64,000 nucleotides of DNA from Candidatus Woesearchaeota archaeon (lineage in GTDB: Archaea > Nanobdellota > Nanobdellia > SCGC-AAA011-G17 > JACPNG01): contig JACPNG010000015.1 in assembly GCA_016185605.1 (NCBI GenBank), positions 7,103 through 71,102 on the forward strand, given 5' to 3'. The position numbers and the translations under genes were made by a program. Position 1 is the stretch's first letter. The number at the start of each line of letters is the position of its first letter. Positions 1 to 8,044 of the stretch are shown here, piece after piece. The notes under the pieces were generated by a model. The model saw only the letters and a list, made by a program, of their open reading frames with translations, searched no databases and was not told the DNA's origin.

Positions 1-1111
1 TTAATGTTCTGACTTTCATAGCTTTTAGATAATAAGCATCCCTGTAACCAGCCATTCTCGCAAATGTCCCAATCATTATTCTTCTTTTAGCTTCTTTGCC
101 AAAATTATTGCTTCTTACCTTGGCAAAATACTCATTATATGTTTCATTTAATTCCCCATGGATTCCGTATCTCATCCCGCAATATTTAGCCAGGTTTGTG
201 CTTGCTTCAGAAGGAGCTATTAAATAGTAAGTTGGAATCCCATATTCTACTGATATTGGCATAGAGATATATTCATATTTTACCCCTAATTCATCTATTC
301 TAGCTATAATTTTATCTTTAATTTCATCATCAACATTAAATGCTTCTTTTATAATTCCAATTTTTTTAATATCTTTGTATTTATTTAATTCTTTATCTAA
401 AGAAGTGGAATCATTCTCATCATGTCCTTTTATGACATCCAATAATAAATCTACATCTTCTACATTCTTTGCTATTCCGCCAATTTTATCCAAGCTATTT
501 GCATAATCTATTAATCCATATCTAGAAACCAATCCATATGTGGGGCATAATCCGACAACGCCGCAAAAAGATGCTGGATTTACTATGCTTCCCCCAGTAG
601 ATTCTGCTAATGCTAGATGAGCATACTTTGTAATTTTTGTGAAACCAGCTGCTCCTCCTGAACTTCCCCCAGTAACTCTTTCTTTGTCAATCGGATTTCT
701 TGGGATTTTATAGTCTAATCCAACATTTGTGTTAAATCCTCCAAATCCAAATTCATCCTGGGATGTTTTTCCAATTATAATTCCGCCTTCATCTATTACT
801 TTTTGTATTACAGTAGCATTAAACAATGGCTTGTATCCTTTTAGAATTCTGCTTCCAGATGTTGTCTCTATATCTTTTACACAGATGCAATCCTTAACAG
901 AAATTGGAACTCCCAATAATTTTCCTTTATTATCTTTTTTTATTTTTTCTTTTAATTTCTTAGCTTGTTGTAATGCCAATTCCTCGCTTATAACATTAAA
1001 ATAATTGTAATCTTTATTTATTTTCTTGGCTTCTTCTATAATTTTTTGTGTATGTTCTATTATATCTATATTTCCGGATCTTACCTCTTTAGTGAAATCT
1101 TTAACTTTCAT
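1..1111 (-). CDS. gatA: Glu/Asp-tRNA amidotransferase subunit A (GatA, amidase-signature family); C-terminus runs off the window start
   Basis: Absent from the ORF track because the stop lies beyond position 1. Manual minus-strand translation from ATG (1111..1109) gives MKVKDFTKEV...LGVPISVKDCICVKDIETTSGS...GGSSGGAAG..., i.e. amidase-signature/GatA motifs. The ATG overlaps the stop of the upstream ORF (ATGA), and gatC lies nearby. Confidence 0.8.
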   Translation of the reverse strand, partial: MKVKDFTKEVRSGNIDIIEHTQKIIEEAKKINKDYNYFNVISEELALQQAKKLKEKIKKDNKGKLLGVPISVKDCICVKDIETTSGSRILKGYKPLFNATVIQKVIDEGGIIIGKTSQDEFGFGGFNTNVGLDYKIPRNPIDKERVTGGSSGGAAGFTKITKYAHLALAESTGGSIVNPASFCGVVGLCPTYGLVSRYGLIDYANSLDKIGGIAKNVEDVDLLLDVIKGHDENDSTSLDKELNKYKDIKKIGIIKEAFNVDDEIKDKIIARIDELGVKYEYISMPISVEYGIPTYYLIAPSEASTNLAKYCGMRYGIHGELNETYNEYFAKVRSNNFGKEAKRRIMIGTFARMAGYRDAYYLKAMKVRTL

Positions 1112-1482
1112 AGATTAACCTCAAAAAAGTTTAATTTTCCTTTCATTTCAATTGGTTTTTTTAGTCTCTCAGGATTGACTAAAACAAAACCAAATGTTTT
1201 TTTTGGAATAAACCATTTATCAGATACAGCCAAATGTTCATTTTTTAATTTTCTAAAGTTACCTAGTGTATCAAATCTAATTACTTCTTTTAATTCAACA
1301 GTACCGACTAAAGCCCCTTTTGGCAAGTTTTTTGTATTCATCTTAAATCCATCTATTTCATTTTTTGAAGCATGAATTAAAAATCTGCCCCTAAAATTAG
1401 TATTCCATTTTCTAAGTTCTATTTTCTTTTTTCCTTGAAGTATTAATTCTGGAACGGGTTGTTTCATCGATAATGCTTTCAT
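1108..1482 (-). CDS. ASCH-domain (PUA-like) protein, translationally coupled between gatC and gatA
   Basis: 124 aa. N-terminus MKALSMKQPVPELILQGKKKIELRKW is typical of ASCH domains. Start overlaps the gatC stop and stop overlaps the gatA start. Confidence 0.55.
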   Translation of the reverse strand: MKALSMKQPVPELILQGKKKIELRKWNTNFRGRFLIHASKNEIDGFKMNTKNLPKGALVGTVELKEVIRFDTLGNFRKLKNEHLAVSDKWFIPKKTFGFVLVNPERLKKPIEMKGKLNFFEVNL

Positions 1483-1763
1483 ATTATTCTTGGTCCCTTA
1501 AAATAGCCGTCTTTCTTGTGCTTTGTATTCCTCAAGGCTTCCTCTTGAGTCAGGCTTTTTTTTGATATATCATCCCTAAAAACATTATTTAGTTCAATTG
1601 GCTGGAAACTTGGCTTGATATTTTTAGTATCTAAATTATCTAATTTAGAGAAGTTTTCTATAATTTCTTTAAATTGAGGAAGAAATTCATCTAATTCTTT
1701 TTTGCTTAGATTTAATCTAGCATTTTCAGCTACTTTTTTTATTAATTCTTGGTCAACTTTCAC
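1479..1763 (-). CDS. gatC: Glu/Asp-tRNA amidotransferase subunit C (GatC)
   Basis: 94 aa, MKVDQELIKKVAENARLNLSKKELDEFLPQFKEIIENFSKLDNLDT... matches the GatC pattern. Sits in an operon with gatA. Confidence 0.7.
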   Translation of the reverse strand: MKVDQELIKKVAENARLNLSKKELDEFLPQFKEIIENFSKLDNLDTKNIKPSFQPIELNNVFRDDISKKSLTQEEALRNTKHKKDGYFKGPRII

Positions 1764-1995
1764 TTAAAACACTCTCGCTTATCTCATCTAGACAAGATTG
1801 ATGAAAATTAAATCTTTCCACTTTTTTATCCCTATTCAAATCTCCGACAACTAAAGAAACAATTCTCTCTTTTCTGATTTCGCGACATGCCTGGCAACCC
1901 ACTGGATAATTTCCTCCATCTAATTCAAAAGGTTCATGATATATTGGATTAACTTCTTCTTTCACTAAATTCCTAACATTATACCAAAAATTCAT
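1753..1995 (-). CDS. hypothetical small protein with CxxC...HxxC motif (possible zinc binding)
   Basis: 80-aa ORF that overlaps the gatC start. Contains Cys34/Cys37/His65/Cys68. Confidence 0.35.
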   Translation of the reverse strand: MNFWYNVRNLVKEEVNPIYHEPFELDGGNYPVGCQACREIRKERIVSLVVGDLNRDKKVERFNFHQSCLDEISESVLSES

Positions 1996-1996
1996 T

Positions 1997-3010
1997 TTAT
2001 GGAACTAATCTATCTCTACTATTTAAATGATTCCAGACTGTGGTTTTATTTATATTTAATTCTTTCCCTATCTTTTCATAACTTAGACCTTGATTCCTTA
2101 ATTCCATCATTTTATCCTTTAATTTTATCACTTCTCTATGCGGTTTTACCCATAACTTATAACTACTAACAATCTGTTTAAGCCTATCTTTTTTACGAAT
2201 AATTGTAAAGTTTATATATTTATCAAATAACTCAATAGATTTTCTATCTTGTACACTTAAGGTATAACTTGGCAATCTCGGTTTTTTATTCTTCTTAGAA
2301 TGTATTTTTGATTCAATACCAAAACCATTTAAGAGAGCTTTAACATCTTCTAGACCATTATTATTAATGGAAAAAGCCCTTATTCTTTTGCCCACTTCAT
2401 CTACATTGCCTTCAGAATCGAAAAAGCCTTTTATAAACTGAGATTGTATCTCTAAATCAGCTCTTTTTATTCTTTCAGGAACTCTCCACTTTTTAACTCC
2501 AAATTTGCCATAACATAACAGATTTTCACAGGCCTTTATTGAACATAATCTAGTTCTTGATTGATTATTCCAGTTACTGATTTTTGGGATATGAATTTCC
2601 TTGGTTGGATTGAGTCTATAAACTTGTGATAAACTATTTCTAAACTCATTAACAAATTCCTTATCTACAGCCGATAATCCAATCTGATATACTGATTTAT
2701 TAGAGTTATAGATTAAAAAACCATCACCACATAAAACCCCCAAGATATAAGCTTTCTCTAAACTAAGTTTCTTTGAAGAATTCGGAATTTGATTTTCAAA
2801 TATTCTAATTCTTCCACTTTGAACGCCTAACTTTGCAGCCTCTTTCCTCGAACGTCTCTTTATATTTAACTTATTAAGGTGATATATTATTATAGAATGA
2901 GATTTATTTAGTTTGCTTGCTATAGAACGAGTAGATTCTCCTTTCTGATAAAGTTGTTTAAATTGCTCTATTTCTTCTTTAGCGATTGGATGACCATTCA
3001 TTTTTTTCAA
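1997..3010 (-). CDS. free-standing LAGLIDADG homing-endonuclease-like protein with N- and C-terminal HTH domains
   Basis: 337 aa. Two LAGLIDADG-type motifs (LGVLCGDGFL and IKGFFDSEGNV). HTH-like segments at both ends (STRSIASKLNKSHSIIIYHL; LSYEKIGKELNINKTTVWNHL). Confidence 0.65.
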   Translation of the reverse strand: MKKMNGHPIAKEEIEQFKQLYQKGESTRSIASKLNKSHSIIIYHLNKLNIKRRSRKEAAKLGVQSGRIRIFENQIPNSSKKLSLEKAYILGVLCGDGFLIYNSNKSVYQIGLSAVDKEFVNEFRNSLSQVYRLNPTKEIHIPKISNWNNQSRTRLCSIKACENLLCYGKFGVKKWRVPERIKRADLEIQSQFIKGFFDSEGNVDEVGKRIRAFSINNNGLEDVKALLNGFGIESKIHSKKNKKPRLPSYTLSVQDRKSIELFDKYINFTIIRKKDRLKQIVSSYKLWVKPHREVIKLKDKMMELRNQGLSYEKIGKELNINKTTVWNHLNSRDRLVP

Positions 3011-3310
3011 TTATGACTTATTTTTTATTGTATACCATTCTTCCCTAATCTTCTTTAATTCATTTAAACATTTTTTTAGATTATTTTTCTTATTTTCATC
3101 TAAATTTCCTTTAATCAATAATCCTTGCCAAGTTCTTTCCATCTCGTCAAGAAGAATTGGTAACCCTTTACTAACAAATGCCCCTATAACCATTGTTCTG
3201 TTTGATTTTGTTAAATGTGATATTTTATCAATAAAATTTAGAGTAATTTCATCTATATCAAATGATATTTTTCTCTTTCTTTGAAATATTTTATTATATA
3301 AATTTTCCAT
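3011..3310 (-). CDS. hypothetical protein (99 aa) abutting the LAGLIDADG gene
   Basis: ORF directly abuts the 1997..3010 gene. No recognisable motif. Confidence 0.3.
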   Translation of the reverse strand: MENLYNKIFQRKRKISFDIDEITLNFIDKISHLTKSNRTMVIGAFVSKGLPILLDEMERTWQGLLIKGNLDENKKNNLKKCLNELKKIREEWYTIKNKS

Positions 3311-3394
3311 ATAATAATAATATTTATATATTATTTAAATGTTTCGGTTTATAATATATAATTCCTAATTATTTATATAAAAGATAATCAGTAA

Positions 3395-4684
3395 TTAAGG
3401 TATTAAACGGTCCCTATCTCTTGGAAATAATGTCCCTTCTCTTATATTCTCTAATTCCAATAAAGCCATAGTAAACCTCTCTAAACCAATACTCCATCCT
3501 GCATGGTGAGTAGCCCCGTAGCGAAAACTGTTTATATAATGTTTAAAATTATCTGGATTTAATTTCTTGTCTTTTAATTGCTTGATTAAAACATCAACCA
3601 AATGAACTCTTTGTCCTCCTGAACTTATTTCAATTCCCCCATAAATAGCATCAAATCCCCTGCTTATCTTCTCATTTTTATCCAAAGTTTTAGGCACTAT
3701 GTAGAATGGCTTTATCTTCAAAGGCCAGTCATGGACAAAAATTATTGTATCCTTAAATAATTCGCATAATTTCCTCTCTCCTTCTGGAGGGATATCATCC
3801 CCATCCTCTAATTTTAATTTATTTTTCTTCAACAATTTAATAGTCTCATCATATGTAAGATATTTATCCTTTGGAATCTTTAATTTTATGTTTAAGATAT
3901 TTAATTCCCTTTCGCATTTCTCAATTACACTCTTGATAATATACTGAACAGATTTTGACAGTTGCTCCATAACAGTAAACTCATCTGCAAATGCCATCTC
4001 TATATCCATCTGTCTAGACTCATTAAGATGCCTTATTGTATTGTGTTTTTCAGCCCTCCAGACAGGAACTATCATTGTTACTTTTTCCAATGCTGTCACG
4101 CACATTTGTTTATACAATTGTGGGCTTTGTGCTAGATAAGCGTCCTTTTCAAAATATTTTACCTTGAATAATTCTGTTCCGCCTTCAGAGGCAGATGATA
4201 TTACACATGGCGGTTGTATTTCAATAAATCCATTTTCATAAAAATATCTCCTGAAAGAATTTGTAATCTCTGATTCAATCTTAAATATAGACTGCGTCCT
4301 TAAGCTATGCAAATCCAATGATCTATAATCTAATCTTTTAGACAAGGAAGTAGATATATTGCCTTTTTCCACTATTGGAATCGGAAGGGTTTGAGCTTCA
4401 TTTAATATTTTATAATCTTTTATCAGAACCTCTATTCCATTAGGGGCTTGCTTGCTTTTTTTCACTGTTCCTTTAATCTCCACAACAGACTCTCTTGGAA
4501 TTTTTACAATTTCATTAAAGAATTTGTCTCCTTCTTTTGATAATAATTGTATTATTCCGGAAATATCTCTCAAAAGAATAAACTTAATCTTGCTTTGGTC
4601 TCTTATCTCGTGAATCCAGCCATCTAATAAAATCTCTTTTCCATCCATGCTGTCTTTAATCTCATTAATATATGTTCTATTCAT
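3395..4684 (-). CDS. aspS: aspartyl-tRNA synthetase, archaeal type (class II; probably non-discriminating given gatCA nearby)
   Basis: ORF 3395..4729. N-terminal OB-fold region, QSPQLYKQ motif, class II motif-2-like WRAEKHNTIRHLNESRQMDIEMAF and a C-terminal GLERFTM-like stretch. The start is probably Met16 at 4684, which forms an ATGA overlap with the upstream translin-like gene stop. Confidence 0.8.
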   Translation of the reverse strand: MNRTYINEIKDSMDGKEILLDGWIHEIRDQSKIKFILLRDISGIIQLLSKEGDKFFNEIVKIPRESVVEIKGTVKKSKQAPNGIEVLIKDYKILNEAQTLPIPIVEKGNISTSLSKRLDYRSLDLHSLRTQSIFKIESEITNSFRRYFYENGFIEIQPPCVISSASEGGTELFKVKYFEKDAYLAQSPQLYKQMCVTALEKVTMIVPVWRAEKHNTIRHLNESRQMDIEMAFADEFTVMEQLSKSVQYIIKSVIEKCERELNILNIKLKIPKDKYLTYDETIKLLKKNKLKLEDGDDIPPEGERKLCELFKDTIIFVHDWPLKIKPFYIVPKTLDKNEKISRGFDAIYGGIEISSGGQRVHLVDVLIKQLKDKKLNPDNFKHYINSFRYGATHHAGWSIGLERFTMALLELENIREGTLFPRDRDRLIP

Positions 4685-5235
4685 TTTTTTATTGTAAGTA
4701 TCGCCTCGTCTATTCTTCTTAGATTCCATTTTATTGAATCAAATTTTCTTCTTAACTCCCCATTTCTGAAATTAAACATTATAAATTCTCCATATAAGTT
4801 ATCAACCAATTCTCTTATTTCTATAGCTTTATTTAGATTATTGTTTATGATGTCATTTACAGCCTTTCTTTCTAATTCTCCTATTAAGTCGCATAATCCA
4901 CATAGATAATCCTCTGTGTCAACATTTAATTCTTTTCTTGTTGGTATTTTTCCATTTTTTATAAATTCATTATAGCATAAAGCTTCCACATACTCCTGGA
5001 CAGCTGCCTTATTTATATTGGAATCAAAATTCTCTTTAGACAATCCATTAATCTTCTCTTTTGCCTCCAGAATTAATGAATCTACTTTTTCTATATCATC
5101 CCTGTGCAAAGAATAGATAATTAGCTTTGATATCCTTAGAATTTCCCTTGACTTTTGTATTATCTCCTCTCTATTGTTGTCTATATTCTCAAGCTCTTCC
5201 CTTATATTATTAAATTCCTGTTTGTCAATCATCAA
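4681..5235 (-). CDS. translin-family protein (COG2178-like)
   Basis: 184 aa. C-terminal DYLCGLCDLIGELERKA...ELRRKFDSIKWNLRRIDEA resembles the translin signature region. Confidence 0.5.
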   Translation of the reverse strand: MMIDKQEFNNIREELENIDNNREEIIQKSREILRISKLIIYSLHRDDIEKVDSLILEAKEKINGLSKENFDSNINKAAVQEYVEALCYNEFIKNGKIPTRKELNVDTEDYLCGLCDLIGELERKAVNDIINNNLNKAIEIRELVDNLYGEFIMFNFRNGELRRKFDSIKWNLRRIDEAILTIKK

Positions 5236-5425
5236 AAGTACACCATAATTGTTAATATTTAATATTTTCTAATTAAACTAGAAAAGCATAAGGCCATCTA
5301 GTGCCTCTTTCACTTTAAATGATATGAAGAAATTTATAAATTTATCTGATTAGTCAAATAGGCTCTTTTAAAAATATATTTAGTTCCTCACAAAATTATA
5401 TAAATAGAGAATAAACTAAATAAAT

Positions 5426-5629
5426 ATGGCAAATCCAATATCAAGTTTATTCAAGTTAGTTTTAGGTTTGGTTTTAATTGCCTTGCCAATTTATCTTGTA
5501 TTGGAAGTCGGATTCTTTAGATCATGGGGAATTGCTGCTTTAGACCTGATTAAGGGCGGAATTGTGTTATTTGTCATATTTATAGGATTAGTATTTTTGT
5601 TATTGGGATTCAGCGATTTGAAGGGATAA
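5426..5629 (+). CDS. small membrane protein (2 TM), hypothetical
   Basis: 67-aa hydrophobic ORF preceded by an AT-rich promoter-like region. Confidence 0.3.
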   Translation: MANPISSLFKLVLGLVLIALPIYLVLEVGFFRSWGIAALDLIKGGIVLFVIFIGLVFLLLGFSDLKG

Positions 5630-5694
5630 TCTTTTCATTATCTTTGAGTAGTTACAATAGAAAGGTTTATAAATAAGGAATTCTTGAAAATTAT

Positions 5695-6054
5695 ATGAAA
5701 GATTTAGCATATCAATCAAGAAGAGGAAGTAATCTTGGCCTATTTTTAATAGGTCTAGGATTAGGTTCGGTATTAGCTATTGGGTCATCAGCTAATTATA
5801 TAATTCCTAGGGCGCAGAAAATATTGGAAAGTATTACCACAAAAAGAATCGTATGTGAATATTCTTTAAGAAGACCTTCTCCAGGAGATAGTATTAGAAG
5901 GTTTATTAACACAAACAGAGGAAATACTTCAAAAGAGATTCCAACTAGTTCATTAATAGAAAGACTTATAATTGATTATCCTGAGATATCGCAGGTCGGT
6001 GTATTAGCAGGAAGAGAATATAATATACGTACAAATTGCAGATATAGCAGATAA
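5695..6054 (+). CDS. hypothetical protein with N-terminal TM segment
   Basis: 119-aa ORF. Confidence 0.3.
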   Translation: MKDLAYQSRRGSNLGLFLIGLGLGSVLAIGSSANYIIPRAQKILESITTKRIVCEYSLRRPSPGDSIRRFINTNRGNTSKEIPTSSLIERLIIDYPEISQVGVLAGREYNIRTNCRYSR

Positions 6055-6122
6055 ACTTTTCTAAGATACTAAAAATGATTAACGCAGGCGATATATTATT
6101 AGTTCCAATTAATCATCAAAAT

Positions 6123-7316
6123 TCAGAAAAACTCATTAAGCCTTTTTTGCTGCTTTAAATTTTTTAATAAAATGCTTTGGTTTAATATATAATCTGTCTT
6201 GAATTTTAATATCCTAAATATCAATTCTTTTGTTTTTTCTAAAAGAGCTTCTTTATTATCAAATATAACGGGCTCACTTACTAATGATTTTCTCGAAGCT
6301 TGTCTCACCACCCAGACTCCCAGACTAGCCCAGTATTCTGGAGTCTCAAACCTCAAAACTAAAACAGAAGCTTGCTTTCTAATGCTTTTTAGTTTTTCTA
6401 AAATCCCAAGCCTAGCTGCATAATAACCCCCGACAGTATTGGAAGCATATTTTTTTCTTCCAAAGCAATCCTCATAATCTGTTGACATAGCAATCTCATC
6501 GCTTTGGTTCCATGCGCTTTTTGGAAGATACATCTCAAATAATTCATAGCTGAATGTGTCTGGAAACATCATTATAAAATAATAATTTCCGAGATAATTT
6601 CCATAATATAATCTATATTCATCTATTGTGTTGTACTCTAAAATTTCATCTCTAATATTTTTCCCTATTGTGTCGTCTGTTGCTGTGATGCTCCATCTTG
6701 TAGGAACCAATTTTCTGTTTTTCTTTAATCCTAGATTTCCAATAGATAATAATTTCATCAGAAATGATTCGTCAAAATTATTATTATACAAATAATTTAT
6801 AGCTTCATTTGCCTTTAAGTCTGTGTCAGAAACAATTCTTTCAACTTTTGCATGAATCTTTGGATTTTCAGTTATAACTGCATTCTTTAATTCAGCTCTT
6901 GGCCCCATTGGCATGTTTATATTGTCATAATCCATCATCACATTAATCTTCTTTTTCAATTCAATTTCAACATCAACCGGCTTATAGGCCATTGCTATTT
7001 CCTGGGACATCTCAATAAATTTATTGGAATTTCTAACATTATAGATATTGGATTTAAATCTGGAGTTTATTAATCTGGCTCTTAAATTTAATATCTCCTT
7101 AATTGAGAATTCATTTTCAGCCCAGTATTTTTCTGAATCAAACATCCATGAATTATCAATTTTTTCAGGGGGGCTTAATATTCCAACATTTAAGTTAGGA
7201 TAAGTCTTTGAGCCTACAAATATAGAAGGAGGGCTATTTCCGGAAAATTGCCCCATTAAAATATTCTTGAACAAAGAATCATATTTTATTGATTTAGGAT
7301 CAAACTTCTTGTACAT
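6123..7316 (-). CDS. Nre-family (COG1602-like) archaeal DNA-repair-associated protein
   Basis: 397 aa. Motifs LVPTRWSITATDD and GGYYAARLGILE recall the archaeal NreA family. Confidence 0.45.
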   Translation of the reverse strand: MYKKFDPKSIKYDSLFKNILMGQFSGNSPPSIFVGSKTYPNLNVGILSPPEKIDNSWMFDSEKYWAENEFSIKEILNLRARLINSRFKSNIYNVRNSNKFIEMSQEIAMAYKPVDVEIELKKKINVMMDYDNINMPMGPRAELKNAVITENPKIHAKVERIVSDTDLKANEAINYLYNNNFDESFLMKLLSIGNLGLKKNRKLVPTRWSITATDDTIGKNIRDEILEYNTIDEYRLYYGNYLGNYYFIMMFPDTFSYELFEMYLPKSAWNQSDEIAMSTDYEDCFGRKKYASNTVGGYYAARLGILEKLKSIRKQASVLVLRFETPEYWASLGVWVVRQASRKSLVSEPVIFDNKEALLEKTKELIFRILKFKTDYILNQSILLKNLKQQKRLNEFF

Positions 7317-7400
7317 ATTCCATATATAATTTGTGGATTTTTAAAGATAATGTCAAACTTTTATAGAAAATCTTTTAAAGTTATACTATAATATATTATT

Positions 7401-7514
7401 ATGACAAAAAATAAGAAACATATAAAAGTGATGCAGAAAAAATTATTAGAAGAATATAATGACATTGATTTGGATGATTTGGATTTAGAGCATGAATTAT
7501 ATATAGCTTCTTAA
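7401..7514 (+). CDS. possible small acidic protein (37 aa)
   Basis: ATG at 7401, TAA at 7512. Translates to MTKNKKHIKVMQKKLLEEYNDIDLDDLDLEHELYIAS. Lies in an otherwise empty 200-bp gap. Confidence 0.2.
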   Translation: MTKNKKHIKVMQKKLLEEYNDIDLDDLDLEHELYIAS

Positions 7515-7516
7515 AA

Positions 7517-8044
7517 ATGATTTCTTTCATAGAGATTCTAGAGATGATTATAGTGACTCTAGCAATAGGTTACATATTTTCTGGATTCATAAAATTTCCA
7601 TTTATTTCAAATTATGAATCGCTGAGATTATCCGTATATATTGCGGCACCTGCAGTCATATTGCATGAATTGATGCATAAGTTTGTAGCTATATTCTTAG
7701 GATTAAGCGCAACATTTCATGCTTCCTATCCTGGATTAGTTTTGGGTGTTATTCTGAAATTAATGGGTTCTCCCTTGCTAATCTTAGTCCCGGGTTATGT
7801 ATCAATTCCATTTACAAATCCAGTTTATGGTGCCATAGTTGCTTTTGCTGGTCCTTTGATTAATTTAATATTATGGGGATTAGCTGCTTTAGTATTAAAA
7901 TACAATAATAAATTATCGCAGAGAAGCATGACTATACTAGCATTGACAAAAAGAATTAACATAATCTTATTCTTCTTTAATATGATACCGATTGGGCCTT
8001 TTGACGGAGCCAAAGTATTGAATGGAATTATTTCTTTATTCTAA
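7517..8044 (+). CDS. membrane metalloprotease-like protein (HExxH; M50/site-2-protease-like)
   Basis: 175 aa, about 5 TM segments. HELMH motif in a TM helix and a GPFDG motif near the C-terminus. Confidence 0.4.
   Translation: MISFIEILEMIIVTLAIGYIFSGFIKFPFISNYESLRLSVYIAAPAVILHELMHKFVAIFLGLSATFHASYPGLVLGVILKLMGSPLLILVPGYVSIPFTNPVYGAIVAFAGPLINLILWGLAALVLKYNNKLSQRSMTILALTKRINIILFFFNMIPIGPFDGAKVLNGIISLF

Noticed and set aside
729-1375. Track ORFs 729..1004(+) and 1046..1375(+)
   Set aside because: Low-complexity antisense frames inside gatA and the ASCH gene on the opposite strand. The minus-strand gatA reading frame has clear amidase-signature motifs.
4685-4729. First 15 codons of the aspS track ORF
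   Set aside because: They would overlap the upstream gene by 49 nt. Met16 gives a classic ATGA stop/start overlap and a normal AspRS length.
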